Assembly: GCF_030028105.1 (NCBI RefSeq)
Contig: NC_092375.1
Coordinates: 37,237,130 to 37,301,129, forward strand
Reading direction: 5' to 3'
Length of the DNA stretch: 64,000 bases
From: Mobula birostris
Lineage: Eukaryota
Positions 40,381-52,100 of this stretch are shown piece by piece. Below the pieces are notes generated by a model that saw only the letters and a program-made list of their open reading frames with translations, had not been told where the DNA came from and did not search any database. Numbering within the stretch: position 1 is the stretch's first letter; each line of letters opens with the position of its first letter. The translations under genes were made by a program, and so were the position numbers.

Positions 40381-40930
40381 AGTAAACATATGCTGCTAGT
40401 TTGCCAAAACTTAGCCTGATCTTGTAACTCTTCCCATTAATGTCGGATCTGATTCCCAAGTAGCTGAGATACCCGTTCCCTGGCTGGAGTTCTCTCAATG
40501 TCTGATGCATCAGTCGGGACAGAATATGGTCTGAGCTAACCTGTAAATTACATGGGGTGTTGGTCTCTGAGCTGCCCACTGGTCATAGTATCTTTAATGA
40601 GTGTGGGTCGTCTTCACCATCCTTCTCAGTCTCCTGCCTCTGCTTTGGCAGATTGAAGTGCCCGAGTATCTGACAGGAGGAGCACATGGGCCAGACCTGG
40701 AGAGTAGGTGAGGGGGGAAATCAGCAGCTAAAGCCTGAAAATCAGAAAAGGTTGTGGAACTGCAAAATAGTGAGGATGGTTTCTGGCCTGCCATAAACTG
40801 TGAGCATTTATTGCACCTGTGTAAGGTGAGGCAACCCCATTTATTCTCTGACAGTTAGCCCCTGCTGTTGCTGTTGATGGTGAGGGCCCAGCTTCTCCAG
40901 CACAAGTGAGGGAAGGGCCATAAGATATGG
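40380..40930 (-). mobile_element. Degenerate RTE-type RT remnant
   Basis: YLSYLGIRSDINGKSYKIRLSFGKL resembles the RTE FTYLGS...RIGKA segment. Confidence 0.4.
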
Positions 40931-42599
40931 TTTAGATAATCTGTGTCTCATGGATGAACAATTGTCAATATGTGTAAAGTATCAAATGAAGGGGCAAGGC
41001 TTTGGGCAGCATTAAATGTCTGAGAATGCTCTGAATGCATGGATGCTGGGTACGAATCAGCCAAATAGAGAGAGTTATTGTCTCGTGCAATATGTGCGAC
41101 CACACGCACGTTGATAACTGAACTTATCCCTAATCTCAGGTAAGATGACTAAAGTTTTCTGGCATTGCATCTAGGAGCCTGAGGATTGATTCTGATACAG
41201 CTAACTCCTCCTGTCACTTTCTGAATGTGAGCCTGAGGAAGCCATAGGACCGTTGCAGAAACAGAACTCGTCTCCCCTCTCCACCTTCCATGGTAAGAGC
41301 TTCAGTGTGACACAGAACATTCCATTCTCTCCCATGTGGTGCCAAGAAAATCCCCCTCCAAGTCAATCACCATCCTGACTTGGAAGCATATCAACATGCC
41401 TTCATTGTCACTCGGTCAAGGTCACGGAATTCCCTCCCTATCAGCACTGCGGGTGTATCTACACCTCGGGGACAGGAGCAGTTCAAGAAGGCAGCTCATC
41501 AGCATCTTCTCAAGGGCAGCTAGGGATGAGCAATAAATGCAGGCTTAGCTGGTGACGCCCACATCCCGTAAATGAATAAATATTAAAAAAGAATCTTTCG
41601 ACAAGCTGCAGTCACCTCCATCTTAACTATCACCACTTGCTGTAATCACACATACAAGCTGGATTCGGGCAAGACAGGCTAGTGAATGCAACTCAGTGAA
41701 CTGGTCCCTTCTCTAAGCCACTTCACTGTTCAGTCAATATCAGGTGAGTACAGCAATCATTTACCATGCAGAGGGGTTTGCTGTGTCACATTTAGTGGGC
41801 TTGAGTTAATCAGTCGTCAGCATCCCCGTGTCTAGTTTCAGGACCTCTCTAATTTAAATCTCTGTGTATTTATTGGAATAATGAGGCTGAATCAAAATAG
41901 GTTCTATAGTTTTGGAAATTCTCTCAAAATTTGTGGAGGCAATTATGAAGGTTTGGCTTTGGTTTGAGTTTGAATGGCTAATGAATGAATTTCAGATATC
42001 TATGAGGCTGTGTGGAAACACAATTGTTGGTTAAGGGCTAAAAGGGATAGAATGCAGATCCAGAGTAAACAACAGGGAACAAAGATTTCAACCCAAATCA
42101 TAATGGATACACTTATAAAATGACATGGCCGGTCAATTGCCTGAGCATCAGAACCACTTCCCGTGTTTAAGAAATCCGTGTAGGCAGAAATTCCACTAGG
42201 AAGCTCAGAAGCAGGGATCCCACATGGTTGTGCTTGGCCATGTATCATGTATATATGTTGACAAGTGGTGCAGGCTGAAGTCAGATCGGTGTGACGGGAT
42301 GTTGAGCTGTTTACCTAGGGATGGTACCTTTAGGGCTTTGTTATAGAACATGAACAGCAGCAGTAAAAATTCAGCCCGTCATTATAACTTTAGTGCCTTT
42401 TAAATCCAATCAGTTAGGCAAACAAATCACTTCTTGGTAGGGTGGGTCAGAATACTGACTAATTCATTTGTTCTTGACTTCCTGCTGTGCCATAATTGAG
42501 TGTGGAATCTCATTTATCTCCCTCCGAGGGAATTAGTCACCAGGGGGAACAGGATCAGCTTGAAAAAGCTGCACCGCCTGATTCTGCTTACAGGATTAG

Positions 42600-45120
42600 G
42601 GTAAATCCATCTAATCCATGATGCTCCCCATTATCCAGTGACTAAAGTGAATTGCTGCAAAATAGGAAAAAAAATTGAATTGGGACCGCTGTACTAATAT
42701 CCCCAAAAGAGGTTCCAATAAGGAGCTTGCAGAGTATATGAAATGCACAAGAACACTTAGAAAGAAATCAGGTAAACTAAAAGAGAACATGAGGTGGCTC
42801 TGGCAGACAAGGGAAAAGACAATCTCAAAGGCTTCTGTAGATAACATTAAGAGCAAAAGTATAGCAAGGACAATACTAATTCTCTCAAAGATCAGCGCTG
42901 TCACCATGGATCTGATGGACTGTCCCTAATCCTGTAAATGCAGTCTGACTAATGCCTTATAAAGTCTTAGCATTACATCCTTGCTTTTATATTCTAGTCC
43001 ACTCAAAATAAATGTTAATGTTGCTTTTGCCTTCCTTCCTACTGACTAAACCTGCACGTTAATCATTAAGGAATCCTGCACCAGGACTCCTAAGTTCCTT
43101 TCCTCTTCCAATATTTGAATTAGCTCCCCATTTAGAAAATAATCTACACCTTTATTCCTTCTGCCACAGTACATGATCATGCACATCCCTACACTGTATG
43201 CTATCTGCTGCTTCTTTCCATTTCTCCCAATCTGTCCAAATCCTTCTGCAGCCTCCCTCCTTCTTCAACAGTAACTGCTCCTCATCTTTCTTCATATCAT
43301 CCACAAACTTGGCCTCAAATCTATCAATTCCATTATCCAAATTTTTGACAAGTAACATGAAAAGAAGGAGACTCAGCCAGCGTTGTCCCCCACGGAACAC
43401 CACTCCTTACCGGCGGCCAACCAGGAACGCCCTCTTTATTTCCACTCTTTGCCTCCTGTCAGTCAGCCAATCCTATGTCCATGCTGGTATCTTTCCTATA
43501 ATACCATGGACACTTATCTTGTTTTACAGCCTCACTTGCTGCACCTTGTCAAAAGCCTTCTGAAAATCCAAGTAAACAACATCTACTGACTCTCCTATGC
43601 CTATCCTGCATGTTATTTCATTAAAGAATTCCAACAGATTTGTCACACAAGATATCCCCTTTAGGAAACCATGCTAACTTTGGCCTGTTTTATCATGTGC
43701 CTCCAAGTATCCTTGAAACATCATCCTTAATAATGGACTCTTGCACCTTCCCACCCACTGAAGTGAGGCCAACTGGCCTATAATTTCTTTTGTTTTGCTT
43801 CCCTCTCTTTTTAAGGTATGGAGTAACATTTGCAATTTTCCAGTCCTCTTGAACCATTCCAGAATCAAGTGATTCTTGAATGATTATTACCATTGCCTCC
43901 ACAATCTCTTCAACTATCTCCTTCGATCCATCTAGTCCAGGTGACCTATCTACCTTCACATCTTTCAGCTTCCCAAGCACCTTCTCCTTAGTAATAGCAA
44001 CTGCACTCACTTTTGTCCTAACACTTGAACTTCTGGCACACTGCGGGAGCGTTCTACAGTGAAGACTGATGCAAAGTACTTATAGAGTTCATCCGCCATT
44101 TCTTTGACCCTATTACTACCTCTCAATTGTCATATTCCAGCAGTCCAATATCCACTCTTGGCTCTCTTTTTATATATCTGGAAAAAATCTTTCGGTATCT
44201 TCTTTAATATTATAGCGATAGCTTACCGTCATATTTTATCTTTTCTCTCCTTATTGCTTTTTGGTCTTCTGTTGGCTTTTTAAAGTTTCCCACTAATTCC
44301 TGATATTGTCTGCCCTCTCTTTTATGCTAGTGAAGATATTTAAAGGGTACCTGAAGGGGAAATTTTCCACTCAGAGGAAGGTACAAGTGTGGAATGAGCT
44401 GCCAGCTGAAGTGGTGATGAAGTTTGGATAACTATGTAGATGAGAGGAGCCTGGGGGGCTACTTTTCAGGAGCTGGTAAATGCAACTAGACAGAAAGCAG
44501 GTCAGCATGGACTAGATGGGCTGAAGGGCCTTTTTCTGTGCTGCTGTCTATGATTTTATGACACTATGACTCCGTATTAGTCACCCTATACACTTTTTTG
44601 ATTGTGGTTCTTTGCATTAGCTGGGAAATTTTTGAAACAGCTTGAAAGTGCCAAACACTATTTATATATAAATGTTTATTATTTGGCCATTTTGAATATT
44701 TAGGCTATCAGAAATCTTATAACCCACTGTACTTAACACTGGTGTTATGTGGAGACAGAGGGTTGACATTATAAAGGTTTATTAAATAATGAGGGGCACA
44801 GTCAGGGTAGACAGTCATAATATTCTTATTCTAAAATTAGTGGGGTCTAGGCTGGAGGGCATAGACCAAGGTGAAAAGGGAAATGTTGAAAGGTAATCTG
44901 ATTGGCAAGATTTCCATACCAAGGTAGGTGGATGTCTGAAACAAATTTCCAGAAAAAGTATTACAGAAGGGAACAATTACAATATTTAAGACATTTGGAC
45001 AGGTATATTGATTGTAAAGGCTTAGATGAATATGTAGGATTAGTGTAAATGGACAGCTTGGTTTTCATGGATGAAAGACCTGTTTCTTTTTGGATAACTC
45101 TCTGAATCTATAGTATTTAG
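42600..45120. mobile_element. Cluster of CR1 fragments in both orientations (main piece about 42930-44330, minus)
   Basis: SPGLDG, NYRPVGLTSVGGK, FVDDMK, and CR1 3' tails. Confidence 0.8.
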
Positions 45121-45361
45121 GTGTGGACTGCAACTTAAAAAAAACTCCATGATAACCACAAGGTTTTAGACAAGGGCTGGAGATTAAATGGAAAGACCCG
45201 TTTAACTAGAAAATCTTGTCTCTCTGAAATGTGCTGATTTTGTCATATGTCAAAAGAATTCCAAAAATTGGATCAATATCATGGCAGAAAGACCAATAAG
45301 TCTGTATCACCAAACTGGAAGTGATAGCTTGCTTCATAAACTTTAAATCCATTCTTATTAA

Positions 45362-46150
45362 TAAGAACACAAGGAAATCTGCAGATGCTGGAATTTCAAG
45401 CAATACACATAAAAGTTGCTGGTGAATGCAGCAGGCCAGGCAGCATCTCCAGGAAGAGGAACAGTCGACGTTTCAGGCCGAGACCCTTCGTCAGGACTAA
45501 CTGAAGGAAGAGTTAGTAAGAGATTTGAAAGTGGGAGGGGGAGGGGGAGATCCAAAATGATAGGAGAAGACAGGAGGGGGAGGGATGGAGCCAAGAGTTG
45601 GACAGGTGATTGGCAAAAGGGATATGAGAGGATCATGGGACAGGAGGCCTAGGGAGAAAGAAAAGGGAGGGGGACCAGAGGATAGGCAAGGGGTATAGTC
45701 AGACGGACAGAGGGAGAAAAAGGAGAGAGAGAAAAAGAATGTGTGTATATAAATAAATAACAGATGGGGTACGAGGGGGAGGTGGGGCATTAGCGGAAGT
45801 TTGAGAAGTCAATGTTCATGCCATCAGGTTGGAGGCTACCCAGAGGGAATATAAGGTGTTATTCCTCCAACCTGAGTGTGGCTTCATCTTGACAGTAGAG
45901 GAGGTCGTGGATAGACATATCAGAATGAGAATGGGACATGGAATTAAAATGTGTGGCCACTGGGAGATCCTGCTTTCTCTGGTGGACAGAACGTAGGTGT
46001 TCAGCGAAACGGTCTCCCAGTCTGCATCGGGTCTCACCAATATATAGATGGCCGCATCGGGAGCACCGGACGCAGTATATCACTCCAGCCGACTCACAGG
46101 TGAAGTGTCGCCTCACTTGGAAGGACTGTCTGGGGCCCTGAATGGTAGGA
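45362..46150 (-). mobile_element. PLE fragment (GIY-YIG domain and complete pseudo-LTR)
   Basis: ORF 45859-46116 encodes HFTCESAGVIYCVRCSRCGHLYIGETRCRLGDRFAEH; collinear with 4412-5131. Confidence 0.92.
45463..45498 (-). ncRNA. Minimal type I hammerhead ribozyme, intact core
   Basis: AGUC-CUGACGA-AGG gucucgg CCU-GAAA-C-GUC^GACU. Stem I AGUC/GACU, stem II AGG/CCU, GUC cleavage triplet, palindromic ACGU in place of stem III. Confidence 0.75.
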
Positions 46151-46159
46151 AGGGAATGG

Positions 46160-46590
46160 TCTTGAATTCTCCAACTTCCGGTAATTCCCTCCCCCTCCCG
46201 TACCCCATCCCAGTTTCATTCTGCTCCCTCCCCCAGCTGCCTATCACCTCCCTCGTGGTTCCGTCTCCTTCTACTACCCATTGTGCTTTCCCCTATTCCT
46301 TCTTCACCTTTCCTGCCTATCCCCTCCCTGCTTCCCCTCCCCCACCCCTTTATCTTTCCCCTTACTGGTTTTTCACCTGGCACCTACCAGCCTTCTCCTT
46401 CCCACCCTCCTCCCACCTTCTTTATAGGGCCTCTGCCCCTTCCCCCTACAGTCCTGACGAAGGGTTCCGGGCCAAAACGTTGACTGATCATTTCCCCGGA
46501 TGCTGCCCGACCTGCTGAGTTCCTCCAGTGTGTTGTGAGTGTTGCTTTGACCCCAGCATCTGCAGAGTATTTTGTGTTTACATATGTCAC
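46160..46590 (+). mobile_element. Pseudo-LTR of a second PLE subfamily, inverted relative to 45362-46150
   Basis: Begins at the ORF end (gaattctccaacttccggtaa); hammerhead at 46450-46485 has GAAA mutated to AAAA. Confidence 0.8.
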
Positions 46591-46959
46591 CATGTACTAC
46601 CTTCAGATTCATTTTCTCGTGGGCTTTCATAGTGAAGTTGGTTCAGCTGACAACATACAGAGACCAGGTAACTCTAGACACCAAAATAGTGGACATGTTT
46701 AATATGAAAAGACTTTGGAAGACAGAATGTGAAAGGAAAAAGCAAAATAACCAACTCTTTAAAAATACAATTTGCTTTTTGGGGACACAAGAGACTACAG
46801 ATGTTGATATCTTAAAAAAAATAGAGCAACAGCAGGAGGAACTCAGCGAGTCAGTTATCATCTGTGAGAAAAAAGGACAGGTGATGTTTTGGGTCAAGAC
46901 CAAAAGATCCTTTAACTGCATTCATAGTGTGGAGGGGAGATGGCCAGTATAAAGAGGTG

Positions 46960-47560
46960 AGCAGGCATCCACCTGAATCCATCTCTTGCTTGCCAGATCT
47001 TGTCTCAACCCTCCACTTCATCAGTCATCATAGAGGGATCAGAAGTGGAAAGCGTGAGCAATTTCAGTTCCTGGGTGTCAATATCTGTGAAGACCTATCC
47101 TGGGCTCATATCAAACCTGTTACAAAGAAGGCATGACAGTGGCTATATCTCATTAGGAGTTTTGAAGAGATTTGGTTTGTCATCAAAGGCACTCACAAAT
47201 TTCAACGGGTGTACCATGGAGAACATTCTTTCTGGCTACATCGCCATGTGGTTTGGGTGGAGGGGCACTGCACAGAATCGAAAGAAGCTGCAGAAAGCTG
47301 TAAACTCAGTCAGCTCTATCACTGGCACTAGCTTCCCCAGCACCCAGGACACCTTCAAGGAGCAGTGCCTCAGAAGGTGGTGCCCATTATTATGGACCCC
47401 CATCACCCAGGATGTGCCCTCTGCTCATTGCTGCCACTGGGGATGAGATGCCTGAAGACATACGCTCAGTGATTCGGAGCAGCTTCAACCCATCTGCTAC
47501 CCGATTTCTGAATAGATATTGAACCTATAACACTAGACCACTACTTTTTTTAATTTAACA
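46960..47560 (+). mobile_element. Rex1/Babar-type LINE 3' fragment
   Basis: ALTNFNGCTMENILSGYIAMWFG...NRKKLQKAVNSVSSITGTSFPS. Confidence 0.8.
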
Positions 47561-47812
47561 TAATTCACCTCTGTGTACTGGCTATCTTCCCACCCAAATG
47601 AAAAGTTTTGACCTGAAATTCTCATTATTCATTTTCCTCTACAGATGCTGCCTGACCTATTGAGTACCTCCAGTTCTCATTTTTCACCACAGAGTATTTT
47701 TTTTCTTTCCTTCTTGCTTCAAAGAGGGGAAAATAACTGCACTATGATTAAATATTTAACACCACCAACTCCAACTTGGTGTCCATTTCCCAAAGCGTTA
47801 TTGTGAAATGCA

Positions 47813-47822
47813 GGGGAATTCC
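47813..47822 (+). promoter_or_regulatory. NF-kB consensus site upstream of the receptor start codon
   Basis: GGGGAATTCC matches GGGRNNYYCC, about 120 bp before the ATG. Function is untested. Confidence 0.35.
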
Positions 47823-47935
47823 TCCTTATGTTGTACGTGTAAGTTGCTGCTCCCGATGACACAGAGACAAATGATTTGCTCCTTTAGCAATTCATTAATT
47901 TCTATTTTTTCCATCTTCAGGGTGAACTAAATAAA

Positions 47936-47999
47936 ATGACACTTCAGAGAACGCAAGAGATCTGCATTGGTGTTTTTCTTTACTTTTTTCTAATTGCAG
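47936..47999 (+). CDS. Leader (signal peptide) exon of the VJ-C1 receptor
   Basis: ATG at 47936; MTLQRTQEICIGVFLYFFLIA has a hydrophobic core. It ends in phase 1 at GCAG|GCAAGT (GC donor). An acceptor ttttttccatcttcag ends at 47920. Confidence 0.7.
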
Positions 48000-49059
48000 G
48001 CAAGTCTGATTTATACCTATCATGGATGCTATTAATTACATTGATGAGACAAGACAACTATTGCCTTCCCATTCTGCACATTGCCATGTGGCTTGCTTTC
48101 ACTTTATTAATCAATACATAGAAATTGACTCCATCTCAGCCAAAGGGTTGCAAACTTGGCCAGCTGTGTCAAGGACACTAGCATCGAGGATATTTACTTT
48201 TATTTAGAAACAGTGCAGAATAGGCCCTTTTGTCCCAATGCCTCACACCGTCCAGCAACCCACCTATTTAACCCGAGCCTAATCACAGGGTAGCTTCGAA
48301 TGGACTATTCGCCCTACTCACCAGTTCATCCTTGGAATGTGGGAGGCAACCGGAACATCCGGAGGAAACACACATGCACACGGGAAGAACGAACAACGCT
48401 CTTACAGAGATCCTGCAATTGAACTCTGTAATAGCCTTGCACTAGCCTCTACAATACTGTCGTGCCACCGTGACATCTTCAAAAAGCAATGACTCGAAAA
48501 GGCAGCATCCATCATCACCTCGGACCTGCCCCCTCCTTATTGTTACCATCAAGGGGGTAGCAATAAGAAGAGAGCATACCCACACACTCAACATTTTAGG
48601 AACAACTTCTTCCCCTCCAACATCAGATTTCTGAACAGACATTGAACCAATCCAAGAACACTACCACACTTTTTTTTGCTGTCTTTTTGCACTACTTATT
48701 AAAATATATGCATTTTTATTATAATTTATAGTTTTCATGGTATTGCTGACCCAAAACAACAAATATGACGACATATGCTAGTTAAGTTTAACCTCATTCT
48801 GATGCTGACTCAAATAGTTTTAAACGATGCTCAAATTCATCATCTTCCCAACAAATGTGAGTTTTGACTTTGTTTAATTCTTTCCCTTTTGTAAATCCCT
48901 CAACTAATTTTAAGTAAGGATATCACGAATATTTGCAGCGTTCAAACTTCAAAGCCAATTTATTATCAAAATTTGTATATGTCACCATATACTACCTTGA
49001 AGTTCATTTCCTTGCAGGCATTCACAGTAGAGCAAAGAAATACAATACAATCAATGAAA

Positions 49060-49117
<58 letters not shown>

Positions 49118-52100
49118 GACAAACAACTAATGTGCAAATACACCCATAAATAAATAAATGAATAAATAACATTGAGAACATGAGTTGCAGAGTCCTTGAA
49201 AGTGTTGTGGAATCAGCTCAGAATTGAGGTGAGTGAAGTTATCCGTGCTGGCTCCGGAGCCTGGGGGTTCAAGGGTGAACAAGGTGGATCAGGAACAGTT
49301 ATTGCTTGGAATATGAACCTAGTGTTGGAGGTGTGCTTGCATAAACTCCATTGAAATGGGATGGGGATGAGGAAGGTGATCTCAATCATTAAAACATCCA
49401 GGTAGTTTTACTGGTATCCCGAGTGAAAGAAATTCAGCCACCGCAAGATTTCCCAAGGTGATTTAGATGCAATTAAGTTCATGCTTTTGAAGTTAATCCA
49501 TTACAATAGAGAAAACACAGCAGCAAATTTTTACACAGTAATTCCCCACAAGTGATAAAAAGACCAGGTCTTTTTTAGTGGTTTGACTGAGGAATAAATA
49601 TTGTCCAGGAAATCGAGAGTAATTTTCTGTTCTTTTTCAAAGAAAAGCGGTGTGGGATCTTGGACATCTCCTGCATGAAAGCGATGTCATCTCCAAGTTA
49701 ATAATGAAAATATTTATGTTGGTGTTTATAGACACTAAATTAGTTGTACACCTTTTTGATTTCCACTGAACTACAAATGGAGTGTTACATTCAGCACAGA
49801 TAATATTCACAACCAAATAGAGATTTTATTATATTAATTATTTATCTTTTCTTCAGCAAAAACAAACCCAAAAGTCTTCCAGACACCACCAGAAATCAAA
49901 GTATTGAAAGGAGACACAGCACAAATAAATTGTTTGTACAGCGCTGGAGATGAAGAGCAGATGAGAATTAAGTGGATGAGGAACTCCAGTGAACAGCTAT
50001 TGTGTCAGCAAATGAAAAATAAACATAATTCTGCTTCTATTCCAACGTGTACAAGTCGATTTCAAGTTACACTGGATACCTCAGCAAACTCTACATCTTT
50101 ACTGATCTATAATGTTAATCTAAATGATATTGACATTTATTTTTGTGAATTTTCTATTGAAATACCTCCCCCTATACTGACAGCAAAAGGAGAAGGCACG
50201 TGGCTGAAAGTGGAGGGTGAGTTGTACGTCAGGAACACCAAAGTACCTTGTAGTTATCTCTCACATAAAGTCAGAAAAATGCTGAAAATACTCAGCAAGC
50301 CGGGCAGCGTCTGTGGAGAAAGAAATAAAGTCAGTGTTTCAAGCTGAGGTTCTTTCCAGAAAATGCCTAAACTATTGAAGAGTTTATAGTTACAATATTA
50401 AGAATACTCACAAGAGAGAAATCAGAAGGGCAAAGAGAAGGATTTGAGATCTGGCAGCGTAAGTTAAGAAAATTCCCAGGCAATTTTATAGCTATATTAA
50501 GAGTAAATGGAGGGCTAGGGGAAAGAATAGGTCCCCTTAGTCTTGAATCTATGTCTTGAGCCACTGGAGATGGGAAATATTTAACCAGTATTTCCCCTCG
50601 GTGTTTACTGTGCAGATTGCTCGACAGATAAGGGAAATATGTAGAGATGTTTTGGAGACACAAGAGACTGCAGGTGCTGGAGTCTGCAACAATGAACAAT
50701 CTGCTGGAGGAAAACAGCAGGTTGAGCAGCATCAGGGAGAGGAAAACCTGTTTACGTTTGGGGTTGAAATCCTGAATCAGGACATTCATGTTACCAGGAC
50801 GGAAATATTCACAGCCTTCCAGCACATTAAGGTGCATAAATTCCCAGGGCCTCATCAAGTGCATTTTTGGACCTTATGGGAAGCTAGGTAGGAAATTGTG
50901 GAGTCCTTAACTGGTTTATCGTTAGTCACAGATGACGTTCCCAAAGACTGGAAGGTGGCTTTTAAAAGGGAAGCAGGGACAAGTCGGAGAACTACAGGCA
51001 GTCAGCACCATGTCAGTAGTGCCAGGTGTACTAGAAGGAATTCTAAGGGATAGGATCTGCCACATTTGGATAGACAGAGAATGATTAGAAAGAGTCTGCG
51101 TGGCTTACAAGGACTAATATTATATCACAATTGCTTTTCAGCACGCCCAACAGTTCAGTTAACAACCAAGGCTCCATCTTCCCCTGACGCTAGCATACAG
51201 CTCATCTGCACATCAGTGGAGTTCTACCCGGGCAACATTCAAGCGTCCTGGTTTAGGGATGGAGAGTTGATCACCAACGGGACAGAGGATGGGCCCCTCT
51301 ATTCTAATAGTGAAGGCTCATTCTCCATGGCAAGCTTCCTGAATCTGTCTGTATCTGACTGGAGTGATGGTGGGAATTATTCCTGTCAGGTGAACCACTC
51401 AACACTCTCCACACCAATCATTAAACACAGTCGTGACAGCAGCCCAGGTAAGATTGCTGGGTGTTTTGTTATACAGGTGTTTGAATCATGCCACATTGCA
51501 AAACTTTGGAATGAATATTCCAATGATTTATTTTTCCCATTCAAGGATTTAAACAAAGTATCTCACACTTAATGCACAGGTCTGTGCTTAGTTTGGCAGA
51601 CTCTCATATAGCAAAGTTGAACTTTTCAATTTGGGACTGCTCAGGAAACTATAACACTCAGTTTTCACAGTCAGGCCCATTCTCCCTGTGATCTGAGACT
51701 TAGATTTTCATATAGGGAACACTGCACATTACTGGACTGTGTCAAGTCTCACATCAATGATGATAGATATGATTTGTAACAATTAAGAAGTTTAATAGGG
51801 AATACAGAGTCAAGCAGCAGAGCTGAGGTTTTGCTAAGTCTAATAATGTATTGGGTGGCAGGGTGGAGATAAGTCTCTACCAAAGGAGGTGTAAGTCGCT
51901 CCCTCTCTCCACTAGTCAGCAGGTCACCCTTGGGCAAGGTGTGGCACCCACTTAGCCCCCACCACCCACCAATCAGGGTCACGTAAAGCCAGGGGAGCAA
52001 GTGGTGAATGGTCGTACGAGCAGCGGTAAATATCACAATTCCTGGTTATGGAACTACTGAGACCAAGCAGACAATCACTGAAGATTGATAATGGCTGGGG

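Noticed and set aside
49857-51447. Rearranging TCR, IgL or IgNAR locus
   Set aside because: The J motif is already in the V exon. I saw no CACAGTG heptamer or nonamer after the V and no J cluster between V and C. The TM lacks the charged residues of TCR chains, and the tail is long with a Tyr motif.
51448-51572. Secreted isoform by read-through of the C1 donor
   Set aside because: The donor is consensus (CAG|gtaaga) and no supporting polyadenylation signal was identified; the ORF extension is most likely incidental.
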